A program made the position numbers and the translations under genes. Source: the human T2T-CHM13v2.0 reference genome, Homo sapiens. From it: DNA of 64,000 bases. Positions 40,801 to 53,627 of the stretch are shown in pieces. How positions within the stretch are numbered: position 1 is the first letter of the stretch; each line of letters opens with the position of its first letter. The notes below the pieces were generated by a model. The model did no database searches, was not told where the DNA came from, and saw only the letters and a program-made list of their open reading frames with translations. The stretch spans positions 9,504,001 through 9,568,000 of the forward strand of contig CP068257.2 of assembly GCA_009914755.4 (NCBI GenBank). Direction: 5' to 3'.

Positions 40801-43360
40801 TTGTGAACAATTTAATGAATATATAGAGTTACAACATTTTTCCCGATTGGATGTTGGGGTTTACTATAATTCTTTGTTACTTTATATGTGAATATACTCA
40901 CTACTCACTATGTTTATGTATGTAGGAAACATGCTAGTGATGAAAATTCAAGCAGTTATTACCCTGGTTTTCTTTCATTAACAAAATACAGAATAGAAAT
41001 TATCTACTTATTCTTGGAGGTCTTAAAATATCTTTTCAGTTGACTGATAATTCTGCTATCAAGAGCTACAAGTAGGTGCTCTGGCCATCTATATCTGTAT
41101 TTCCGTATATTCAATTCCTTACTATATATTTCTCATTTGATATTCTATACCCAATTCAAACAAAACCATTTCATGTATACAATGTACTTTTATTTATGCT
41201 TTTCTCTATCATTAAGTAGAAAGCCATTTGCACCTTAGTCTAAATCTGAAATGTGCCTCTACCTAACCTTTCTAATACATTTTCACTATTTCTTAGTTAT
41301 TAGAATAAATTTACATAATTTCTGAAACAACTTTCTCTATGGAGTATTCCCTTTGGTTTCTTTTCCCTTCCAAACAATTTAATGAATTACAAATATGGGG
41401 GAGATATTTTTTCAATGGGTAAGACTTGACTTCTACAAATACATGTTTAATTCCTTCTCAAAATTATTTCTACTTCCTCTTATTCAACACTGTGCTAGAT
41501 TTTAGGGATATATAATAAGACAATATATGAGGTCCTTGCTGTTGTGAAAGGTACATTCTTATCTTTGGCAAATTGTAGAATCTTTAGCTTTGGTATACAA
41601 GGGCATTGGTGTTTGGTACATGCTTGGCTCTTTGCCTTAAGAATTGCCTCTTTCCACCATGCATATTTCACCTGTGTGGGAATTCTTGTAGATCTCTATA
41701 TTATTGATAGCCATTTTGCTCTGACATTTTATACAAAGCTGAATCAGCAACAGTATGACTAAACACAACCAAAAAGGAAAGCTAGAAAGATTATATTAGA
41801 CACTTACGTGTATGGATCATTATGGTGAGGACTGCTAAAAAAACAAACAAACAAACAAAAAAAAACAAAAAACACCTTCAGCCAAAATAAATTTACAGTT
41901 TAATTGAGTGGTGAATGATTCATAAATTGGAAAGCCCCCACAATCACAGCAGATTCAGAGAGACTCCAGGGGTGTCTCATGGTCAGAATGAATTTATAGA
42001 CAATACAAAGTAAAGTGATGTATAGAAATCAGAAGTGAGGTACAGAAACAGCTGGATTGGTTACAGCTTGGCACTTGCCTTATTTGAACACTCAGCTGTA
42101 TGTGACTAGTTGAAGTATGGCTGCTGGAATTGGCCAAGACTCAGCGATTATTACAGGTGCATATTCCTAAGTTAGGTTTTAGTCTTGTGTACCTATTGAA
42201 TTAGGTTGCAGTTCATTCACAAGGACTGAAATATAGAAGTATGGCGTTTTTCTCAGGCCATATTTAATTTGATTTAACAGGACTTTGGGTATGTCATTGT
42301 ATTTTACTAGTATATTTTACAAACACCCCATGTTATCTTAATCTATTTAAGTTCACACTTTTTAATCAAATTTTACTTTAAATGTATCTAACCTCCTAAA
42401 TTTCTGCCTTTGTGAACCAATAATACTTTTTCCAAATTCTTATTATAGCACATATCAGACTATATAGCTATAGACACTTTGGCATCATTGTTTTCCCATA
42501 CAAAACACAATACATTTAATGAATTAATGAATGATGCATCAGCAAAGAAGGTTTTACTGAAAGTAAGAAAAATTATAAGCCAGTTTGGGTTTCCCAAGAA
42601 TCAGACACCAAGATGGTATTACACATATAAGAGAGTAACCAGAGAAAACACCTTTGAAGAATAAAGAGAAGATAGAGCAAAAGGAGGCTGCAAGAGCCTC
42701 CAGATCATGATGCAAGCCTGGCACCTCAAAAGAAGAGAGAGCATGAAAGATAATTGGAAAGGAGGAGCCTCAGAGAAGAGTGCATATCTGAGAAATTGTC
42801 AGCCACACTGGAAGAGCACCAAAGTGAACTTTGACCTTTAGATGAGTCCATGTGGGACAAGAATGAAAAGCCCTATAATATCTTCCTTGCTCAGCATTGG
42901 CAGGGAGCAACCTAAGGAGAGCATGGCACCTGCATGTAAGCCAAAAATAAAATTCAATGTCCGTTAACCAACTAAATGGGCCCTTTATCTTGGCCAAGGG
43001 CATTTTAAACTAAACCTGAAACAGTAATGGAGGCCATGATGGAAATGGGTGGTTGAACATGCTTCGTTATTTACTTTCATCCTTTTGGAATTCATGCATA
43101 GCTGAACAGTGTTAACAGTAAAGTAGAGACTTAAGAATGACAAAACAGACCCTTCATAGCAATAAGATGTCAACATGACAGATAGCAGGCCTTGAAAGAA
43201 ATCAAAGTATTTCACTACAAAAATACATTTCTTTGACATATTTTGAAATGGCCCTACAAGGCTGTTTCTGTGGGGAAAATCTCCATTTTGTAGAGAATCC
43301 CCTTCTCTTTCCAAGTCTTTTTCCTGATTTTTCCTGATTCCAAGTCCTTTTTCCTTTTTA

Positions 43361-43805
43361 TGTCTGATAAAAATCATTTACAATCTATTCTCAGTGAAGC
43401 CTGCTACCTGCAAGCTTCATCTGCATAAGAACCTCGGTCTCTAAAACACCTTATCTTAACCCATACACTCCTGTCTATTGATTCCAGTCTTTAGATAAAT
43501 TATTTTAGCCAGTTGTCAAATGCCAATCAGAAAATCTTTGAATTCACCTTTAACCTGGAAGCCTTCACCCACCCCACCCCCACCTGCTTTGAGTTGTCTA
43601 GCCTTTCCCGATTTTACCAATGTATATCTTAGGTGTACTGATTGATGTCTTATGTCTCCCTCACATGTATAAATCCAAGCTGTAGCCCAACAACCTTGGC
43701 ACATGTTCTCAGGATCTCCTGGGCTGTGTGACAGGCCGAGGTCACTCATATTTGCCTCAGAATAAATCTCTTCAAATATTTCACAGAGTTTGACTCTTTT
43801 CTTCA
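43361..43805 (+). mobile_element. Candidate solo retroviral LTR (family not identified) with TATA-like box and poly(A) signal, TG...CA termini
   Basis: Starts 'tgtctgataaaaatcattt'. Contains 'cacatgtataaatccaagctg' (TATA-like) and 'cctcagaataaatctcttcaaatatttcacagagtttgactcttttcttca' (AATAAA then terminal CA). No TSD found. Confidence 0.35.
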
Positions 43806-46800
43806 ACATGCATTACCACTGTAGTAGCTCTGAAGTGGTTGAGTTGGAGGTAACCCACCAACAACCCTCCTCCTGGAAATTTCTCTTGAATGAAAATATG
43901 GGAGGAGTAAATTCTTCACTGCCAAATACTATTTCAAATTCTTTCAAGCATAAGGTAAATTCATTATTTAACATAAAAGTCAATCAAGAGGTAAAAAGAG
44001 GTCACAGTTTGCTTACGTATTTTCTGGCACTTCTTTGCTATTGGCTGTGTCACTTTTACCCTTAACATTTCTGCAAAAATGTCTGCAGACATTTAGGGTC
44101 AACATATTCAGATACAACCTTACCCAGAAGACCAAGAAAGAGACACCAAGAGAAACATTTATCTTAAAAACTCTTAAGGTAATTTGCCCTGATTTGCCTT
44201 TGTACTGAATTGGGTCATATGCGTATTTTTGTTCTTACTTTTGGCAAAGAATCAGGCTATACTTAGAGTAATCACATCATACCTGAATCTGAAGACGAGA
44301 CAGTAAACTTAGAGAAGTACTGAAGCCTTGGAAGCCTTGGATATATTGAATATGTTCTATCTTAGAAAGAAAAGGTGAGATAATGTATGCTGGCAGTCAA
44401 CCAACAGCATATGCTCCTAATGAACAACTGGAGAGTCATTTAAGTTCAATGTTGGGGATTTTATTAGAAACTGTAAGATGAATACACAATTCATTTTCTC
44501 TTTCCTTGTAAATTTGGACAATATTTGCTATATTCGCCTATATTTTGGCATAGAAATTTAGGTTCTAAGTATATAGTAGTGATGTAGCCTTCTTACAGGG
44601 TCACATAGACCCACAATTAATAATTTTTAACACTCTTTTTATTCTCTCTGGTTGGCTAACATTAAAACAATCCACAGAAAACCCCCAAGAGCTATGTATT
44701 GAGGATGGCAAAACCACAGATGGGAAAATAATAAATCTTTGAATGACCCTGCAGGAAATCACAGATAGCATTCCTATTATTTAAGCAAGCAATAACTTTT
44801 ATTGTTTTAAGAGTTGGAGGTTTAATTTTTTCAGCATTACTGTTACCACAATTATTACAGGAAATGAAACTAGTAAAAAAAAATAGAGGGAACAAAGTTT
44901 ATTGACATCTATGAGGCATTTTCTTTCCCCTAATATTACATACTCTAGATTTTATTTCTGTACAAAATATATTCTCTATGTCTAGCCTAAAGAACTATGT
45001 CTTATTCATATTTATACTCTTCATAGATCAAAAGTGTGCTTAAAATACTGTACATTTAATGAGTTATTTTTGAATGTAAGCAACTTTGAATTCATCTTTG
45101 CATTTTTAATCTTATGTTGCTATTAAATGTATTATTAAATTCTACTAACACTTTCCTCAAAATAATTCTCAATATTTTGGTTTTTAATTTTTTACTGCCT
45201 TTGCATTCTCCTGGCAGAGACCCATTTCACCTCTTCTATAGATTATTTCATAAAGATTTTATAATCTGTATCATATATATTTACAATATTAAAAGTTATC
45301 TGTAGCACTCTCTCATTGTTGCTTATAGATTAGGTTTGCTTCTCTATGTACTATTCTGGTAGGCAGTGGTTAAATATACTGCTTTAAGCCTTTTCACAGT
45401 ACCTTCTATAATATCATCATGCACAGTTTTACGCACACAGCAGAAAATCAATGAAACATACTTAATTGACTAAAAATTGAAAAACATTGGTATATATGTA
45501 GGACAGATACTGATATTTTTATAAGCCCAACTCTGAAATGGTGATGCATAAAAAGTTGATAATTCCTTTTAGCAGAAACTATTAATAGTCATTTTTCAAC
45601 ATAATGCAAAATATATTTGAGATTGATAAATATTTTAGAACTCAAGTGTAAGAAAGCCATTAAGGGAATCCCACAATTTTCTTTGTTTCTAAAACCTAAT
45701 ATAATTTAAGATTATGAACAGCCTTCTTTCTCAGAAGAAAAACATATCACCAACCCACTACATAAAAAAAATGCATTATTCCAATCAATCTTGTTAATAT
45801 ACCATAGAATATTGAATTTTTTAAAAAAATTCAGAACTTTAAAAATAAATACTAACCATAATAGCTCAATTAAAATTATCTCTATATTCTTGGAGGTTTT
45901 CAAATGCCATATCTAAAAATAGGATATAGTAAGGTATATCGAGGGATAAACTAGCTGTTAAAAAATCATTGATTGAGACCTGTTATTATTGGCTAAGTAA
46001 ACTTCTCTTATCTTCCAAAACATGTTCCATTATTTCATAAGATCTAGAAATGATATCACGTTTGAAATTTGTTGAAATGTTTTCCTATTGACCTACTTAT
46101 AAATGGGTTATTTACATATTCAGGGTAATTACTTGTGCTTAAAACTGTTTTCAAGATAAATTTGAACTGTGTCATTGTTCATATAAAAGAAAGATGCTTC
46201 TTTTCAATTAATTTCTATTAGTTAATTCTACAAATTGTGTTTATTTCAATGGAGATTAAAGAATATAAAAAGAATAATGTTTCTGTTTTAGACTATATTA
46301 GTAAACCATTTGTGGGGTGGGGCAATGAGGATAAACTCCATCAAAGGAACATAAGTTAGAAAAGTTGTAACATAAACTTAGGTTATAAGTCTGAATTACC
46401 CTAGACAGTTAGTCTATGGAATATGCGACTGTATACAGCCTCAGCTGGAAGCACTGCCCTTAAGCAAAGACCATGAAAGAGATGCTGAAATAATTATTCA
46501 GGCAGAAATTTAGTATGATATTTCTTTGGGAATGTTCTCCGATAGTTGGAAGTCAAAATAACAAGTAATTCTCACTTCCATTCTTTGTCTTCTCGATATA
46601 CATCCCTATATCTTGCAAGGCATTTAGCAAATTAAAGTACATTTACCAGCCTCCTTGCACTTTGATGAGGCAATGTAACTAATTTTTGGACGATAACGTG
46701 TGAACAGAAGCAATAATTGCAGCATCTAAAAGAAATGTGTGTGACCTTTTACCCCTGTTACCATGCTTTAGAATTCATAGCTGCTTTCAGCTACTTTATA

Positions 46801-48085
46801 TATAAAATAAGCATATAAAAGCAACAAAATAAATCAACATCATAGAGCTATCGTGACATCACTGGACTTCTCCTAAAAGTTTTACATGAAAAATATGTGA
46901 ATTATTTCAAGCTGCTCTACTTGTTTTTCATAGACTGTGTCATTAATTAATTTTTTATGTATCACTAAAAAGCATTTTTAAGTGCCTCTAAATTATGGCA
47001 CACTGCTAAATATTTTCTAGATGCCTCAAAAAAGTTTTTATATGCAGTAATTTTGTTTTACATATACATGCACACTTACTGATTTCAAGTTTTTTCAACT
47101 TTCATACGAAATTGAAAGTTGAAAAGGCACATGAAATGTCTTTTTGAAATTCCTAACACAATTTAATTTTTTTTTACATTTAGGTTTACCATATTGTTTT
47201 AACAAAATGCTCTGTATTTATTCTAATATTTTAAAAACTTTAGGAATAAATTAATATTTTGGATTGTTCTACAGTATTGTATCCTGAACTGGAACTTTTT
47301 TTACTGATTTATTAATTGAAATATGAAATATGATATGCACATGCGAAAGACACAGATCTTGAGCATATAGCATTAAACATTTTTAGAATGTAAAATACTA
47401 ATGTCATCACAACCTACATGAATATGAATTGAGTATTACTAGAATCCAGGAGTCTCTGTTGTGAACCTCCAATCATTACTATAGGCAACCACTGTTCTTA
47501 CTTTTATCTTTATAAATTACATTTGCTTGACATTGAACTTCATAGAAATTGAACCATACAATAGATATTAATTTCAATCTGGTTCAAAAAAACACAACCA
47601 ACAGCATGGGTGTCAGTGTGATATTCTGGGCTGCTTCTCAGCTGAATCAATGGTGCTGACAGCTGCAATAGCAACAGAAGTGTCTTCAGAAGTTTTACTG
47701 AGAGTTTGGAGTCCAGAGTTTCTGCCTAACAGCAGCTGCACTCAAATAGGGCCAATGGTCAGTCTGGAATCATGGGACCCAGAATGCACCACCTTCCCCT
47801 ACTCATTTTCCACAGTTAAGGATGGAAGTGGCTTCCTTCATTTGCTCATCATCTGGAGTAGCAGGCCCCTTTTGCTCCTTCAGTGTTTCTAACATTGTTG
47901 TAACCACGCCCCCAACCCCTGTATTGTATTGTCTATGCTTTAAAAACTATTTTGTGGACTTGAATAAAATTTATTTTCCCATTCCTGATATAAAATAATT
48001 GGGTCATTCTTTACTCATGTATCAGTTCAAATTTCTAAGACTCTATTTATCTCTTCTCCTCAATAATGTTTCTTTTTTCTTTTGC

Positions 48086-48373
48086 TTTTTTTTAGACAGG
48101 GTCTTGTGCTCTCACCCAGGCTGGAGTGCAGTGGCTGGAACACAGCTCACTACAGCCTTGACCTCTTGAATTCAAGTGATCCTCACACTTCAGCCTCCAG
48201 AGTAGCTTTGATGACAGGTGTGTGCCACTAGGCCCAGCTACTTTTCTTTACTTTTTGTAGAGACATGGTCTTGCCATATTACCCAGGCTAGTCTCAGATC
48301 CCTGGGCTCAAGTATCCTCCTGCCTCCACCTCCCAAAGTGCTGGGATTATAGGCGTAAACCACCATGCCCAGC
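48086..48373 (-). mobile_element. Alu SINE (older, AluJ/S-like), antisense
   Basis: 'ttttttttagacagggtcttgtgctctcacccaggctggagtgcagtggctggaacacagctcactacagcc...cctcccaaagtgctgggattataggcgtaaaccaccatgcccagc'. Confidence 0.9.
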
Positions 48374-48639
48374 TAATGTTTTCTATTTACCATAGCTTTT
48401 TGCATATATATGTTATTATATATGTTATATATATATATATAATATAGTATGGATGTGTATATACTATATTATTAACAATTAGATCTAAAATATAGAAAGA
48501 ATTTTAATACCTTTATTTTCTGTACCTTCATAGTTAATCTCATATTTTCCAAATCTGTTAATGTGGCACTGGTCAGAGTTATAGCTCCAAAGAATGAGCA
48601 TCTGCTTAGTCTCATAACCAGGACCCAACCTGCAACATT

Positions 48640-48790
48640 AGTGTTACAAATTAATTCCTAATTCCAGTCTCACTCTTTCATCACCAGTTCTATCTCTGAA
48701 CACTTACTAATCCCAATTATTTTAAAGCAAGTTGCTTAACCTGCTGTGGCAGTTTTCCCCTCTCCTTCAACTTTCTCTCTCTTTTTTTTC
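48640..48790 (+). mobile_element. MIR-like SINE fragment
   Basis: 'cacttactaatcccaattattttaaagcaagttgcttaacctgctgtggcagttttcccctctc' parallels the MIR core '...ccacttactagctgtgtgaccttgggcaagttacttaacctctctgtgcctcagtttcc'. Confidence 0.45.
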
Positions 48791-48914
48791 TCCTAATAAT
48801 ACCTGCCAAGTAAGAATCCCTTTCATTACATACATCAAATAGCCACTTATTCCAACAATTTTATTCAACCTAAGTATTCAACCTAAGGGCTTAGATTCAT
48901 GGTCTGTCCTTACA

Positions 48915-49556
48915 ATGCCGTTCCATCTTTTTAAAGCTAATTGCAATGCACCTAGTCATTTTTATTGCACACTATGTATGATAGCCAAGATACAGAATAA
49001 GCCTAAGTGTCTGGCAACAGATGAATGCATAAAGAAAATGCACTATCTGTATACAATGAAGTACTCTGTAGCCATAAAAAATAAAATCTTGCCATTTATG
49101 ACAATATGGATGAATCTAGAGGACATCGTGGTAAGTGAAATAAGCCAGACACAGAAAGACAAGTACAGCATGATCTCTCTCATAAGTGGAGTCTAAAAAA
49201 AAAAGAAAATACAAACATTTAAAAAAGTTAATAGCATAGAAGCAGAGAGTAGAAAAATGTTACCAGAGACTAAAGAAGGATGAGGAAACTTTGATTGATG
49301 GTATAAAATTACAACTAGATAAGAGCAATAAATTCTGGTGTTCTGTTGCATGTAGAGCAAGTATGGTTAACAGTGAAATATCGTATATTACAAAATAGCT
49401 TGAAGAGTTGTCTTCGAATGTTCTCACCACAAAGAAGTGATAAATATGTAAGATAATAGATTCACTCTGAATGGATCATTATACAACATGGATAGGTATC
49501 CAGGTATCAAATTGTACCCCATGAATATGTACAATTATTACATGTCAATTAATAAA
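48915..49556 (+). mobile_element. Old L1 (L1MA/L1PB-like) 3' end: ORF2 C-terminus, 3'UTR and A-rich terminus
   Basis: The plus-strand ORF 48915-49196 translates to 'MPFHLFKANCNAPSHFYCTLCMIAKIQNKPKCLATDECIKKMHYLYTMKYSVAIKNKILPFMTIWMNLEDIVVSEISQTQKDKYSMISLISGV' (L1 ORF2 C-terminal motif, FIAALFTIAKxWNQPKCPSTDEWIKKMWYIYTMEYYSAIKK...). Downstream 3'UTR 'gttaccagagactaaagaaggatgaggaaac...tgtacaattattacatgtcaattaataaataaataa' matches the L1M 3'UTR end. Confidence 0.85.
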
Positions 49557-51258
49557 TAAATAATAAGACCACTAGATTTAATCAAGAGACTCTTATTGAC
49601 TTGTTCTCATTTTAGAGTTTTAAAACTAGTCTGCCCTATTGCAAACTACCTATTTTTAAAACTACTCTTCTCCTGCACAAAAATCTCTCAAAGTCTCCTT
49701 TCTCCTGAAAGAAAAATGACCTATTTAATTTACAAATATTTCAAAAATTAGTACACAACATTTTATATATGAAAATAATGCTGTAGACTGACTTGCAAAT
49801 AACATTCTAAGATTCCCATTACCTTTAAGAGGAGTCAGCTGTCATTTTGGAAAAATTAAGATTTCAACAATTTTACACATATTATGAAAATATTTTTGAT
49901 AATGAAAAATGCTCAATCTTAAATAGTGTAAATAAGTAAATAGAGAGGTAAAATAAAGAGCTTAATGTTTATGTGATATTGAGAAAAAATCTTTTTTAAA
50001 AATAAAATACAGATTAAAATACAACTTTGTGCTTTAACTGAAGGGTGTCCCTACTCCCTGATGCATTTGAGACTGTCACAAACCTGAACCCATTTGGACA
50101 ATACATCAAATAATCATTTTGCATCATTTCACTATTGGGGAAATGATAACTTCTTACATTAAATGAAAAAAACTGAAAAAGTAGTATTACTTTGTCTTTT
50201 AAGTGGCGAGATAGGGTTGATATGATGCTGAAGTACAAACAGTAAGGACTAAGTGAGGATGGAGGATATATGAATAAATGTATCAAAAGTCAAGAGAAAT
50301 GATAAAACAGACAATTCTGGGGAACAGTAGTAGAAGCTATGCATGGAATATGGTTAGACAGACAGTGATATTTACTTTTGAGTTTTGCTTATATATTTCT
50401 AACATTTCTTGATAGGACTGGCATTCTAACAGTTATTCTTATTGTTATAAATTCTTTTAAAAATACTTTTTCTCCAAACATCTCAGTTCAAATTATAGAG
50501 TTAAAGGAAACTACAGTCATAAAATAAAATATTAATTATTTCAAAAGAAAAAGAGAAAAATTTGTACACTTAATTTAAAATTGTTTTCAGTCTTATTTTT
50601 GCAAGCAATTTACCAATAGATTTGTAATGAACAGTAATGTTGAATGGGTATTGAAGCTATTGAAATAGAGAAGTAAGTCAGTTTTTCATTATGCTGTGAG
50701 TGATGTCCTGAAACACATTAACTTGGTATTTTATCTATTGTTTAATATCATTCCCCATGAATTACATATAATGGTAATAGATTAATATCTTTGGAAGTAC
50801 TGTAATAATTATATAATTCAGCCAGGAATTACCTTGTTCATTTGCTAACATTGTTATATTCTTTCAAAAGCAAACAGCAAAAATAATTTTCAACTGACAT
50901 ACATATGGAATACTTACTCTTCAACTATCTCAAAATGCCCAGATTTTCTCAATAACTCTCCTATTGATTTAATTATAGGCATTAGAAATGAGTATTCTAG
51001 TACAAGAATAAATAGTGTTGTCTCTCCTTCATCCCCCAGTACTCCTAAATATTTACTAAAAATCTCAATGCTAATCAATAGTGGAACTATTTGGTGCCTA
51101 ATGATGGCATTCCATTCCTTCCTTGAAGTCCAACACACAGAGTAATAGAAATCTCATGAACGTGATTGTGTGAGGTTGCTCATAATACTTGGATCTATAG
51201 AGAGAATCACTTAACAGACATCAGTTGAATCAGAAACTACTTCTCATTTCATTGAGTT

Positions 51259-52160
51259 CTATGTAGTCCTCAACCTTTGTGGCACCAGGGACTGGTTTTG
51301 TGGAAGACAATATTTCCACGGACAGGGGAGCAGACGATGGTTTCAGGATTGTAATGGTTAATAATAGGTGTCAACTTAATTGGATTGAAGGATGCCTAGA
51401 TAATTGGTAAAGAATAGTTTCTGGGTGTGTCAGTGAGGGTGTTGCTGGAGGAGATTAACATTTGAGTCGGACTGGTAGAGGAAGACCCATCCTCAAGGTG
51501 GGTGGACACCATCCAATTGACTGTCAGCTTGGCTAGAACAAAGCTGGTGGAAGAAGGTGGGATAAGCTGACTTAACGAGTCTTCTGGCTTTCATCATTGC
51601 ACTGTGCTGGATGCTTCCTGCCCTTGGACATCAGACTCTAGGTTCTTTAGGCTTTGAACACTGGAACTTACAGCAGTGGTTTTCCAGGGGCTTTCAGGTC
51701 CTTGGCCACAGACTAAATGTTGCACTGCCAGCTTTCCTACTTTTGAGGCTTTTGTAGTTGAACTAAGCCTTTGTTGGCTTCCTTGCCCCTCAGCTTGCAG
51801 ACAGCCTATCATGGGACTTCACCTTGTGATCGTATAGTCAATTCTCATTAATAAACTCCTTTTCATATATACATATATCTTATAAGTTCTGTCCCTCTAG
51901 AGAACCCTGACTAATACAGGGATGAAACTGTTCCACCTCAGATCATTTGGCATTAGATTCTCATGAGGTATGCACAACCTAGATCCCTTGCATGCTCAGT
52001 TCATAATAGGGTTCACATTCCTATAAGGATCTAATGCTGTAGCTGATTCGACAGGAGGAAGAGCTCAGGTGGTAATGCTCACTCACCTGCCGCTCACCTC
52101 CTGCTGTATGATCTGATTCCTAACAAGCCATAGCTCATTACCAAGGGTTGAGGACCACTG
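51259..52160. mobile_element. MER1-like hAT-Charlie non-autonomous DNA transposon, interrupted by an LTR insertion
   Basis: Left part 51259-51348 'tagtcctcaacctttgtggcaccagggactggttttgtggaagacaatatttccacggacaggggagcagacgatggtttcaggat'. Right part 51920-52160 'gggatgaaactgttccacctcagatcatttggcattagattctcatgaggtatgcacaacctagatcccttgcatgctcagttcataatagggttcac...cctgctgtatgatctgattcctaacaagccatagctcattaccaagggttgaggaccactg'. This is the MER1 consensus 'cagtggttctcaacctttttggcaccagggaccggtttcgtggaagacaatttttccacgg...gatgaaactgttccacctcagatcatcaggcattag...' with an inverted terminal repeat. Confidence 0.75.
51349..51919 (+). mobile_element. MaLR LTR, older MLT1-type, inserted into the MER1 element with a ~4-5-bp TSD (aGGAT / gGGAT)
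   Basis: 'tgtaatggttaataataggtgtcaacttaattggattgaaggatgcc...gggtggacaccatccaattgactgtcagcttggctagaacaaagc...ggacatcagactctaggttctttaggctttgaacactggaacttacagcagtgg...cagcttgcagacagcctatcatgggacttcaccttgtgatcgtatagtcaattctcattaataaactcc...tctgtccctctagagaaccctgactaatacag'. Confidence 0.75.
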
Positions 52161-52922
52161 TGTTAAAAGATAAACTAAGGCACAATAAAATTTTAAATAT
52201 GTTATTTAAACAATGATTTATGACTCAGGCAGCTCCAAACCATAAAAGTGGCTTAAGAGCGCCACTGACGGAGCACAGGCGGAGGCTTTTAGAGGACAGG
52301 CACAGAAGAAAACTAAAGATAATATTTGACTATTTATAGTTGTACAGTTATTTGTACCTTATTTGGTACCAAAGTTGCACGTTATTAGGTCTATCCCACT
52401 GGAAAGTCTTCAGTTATATGATTATGTGTGTTGGCTACTTCTGATTGGTTGAACTTAAGTTCTGTTTTTCTTTAATATAGAAATTGATAAGAATGGCTCA
52501 AGTTTCCCTTATATCTGTAGATCAAACAAGGTTTAGATCACTTATGATGCCTAACTGGTTTTGTCTGCTCAGAAATTCTTCAGGCCTGGACTCCATTTTA
52601 ATTTACTTTAATGATTGTTACTTTAAATTTGGATTAAACAGTGGATTCATATGTACTGAGTGAAAAAAATGGAAATAGATGTTATAAAATTTATTTGAAA
52701 TCATTCAGCCAGGATGTTTTAAACAGCATAAATTAGCAGAATTACCAAAAACACATTTTGAAAAAACCTTGAAGCAATTTTAATGTATTGCAAAATGTGA
52801 AGGAGACTAGTAGGACAAAAACTTAAAGGTTGAGTTTGAGATATGATGCAGGGTTTTTTGCTCCTTAGCCCAGCTAGGCCTAAGTTCTGAAGAAGTAGGC
52901 ACATGGACACTCAAAGAGTAAG

Positions 52923-53627
<705 letters not shown>

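Noticed and set aside
42985-43377. 130-aa minus-strand ORF (MIFIRHKKEKGLGIRKNQEKDLEREGD...)
   Set aside because: It has no recognisable motif and lies in a region I suspect is decayed retroelement-internal sequence next to an LTR-like unit. It is stop-rich in the adjacent frames. I see no splice or promoter context.
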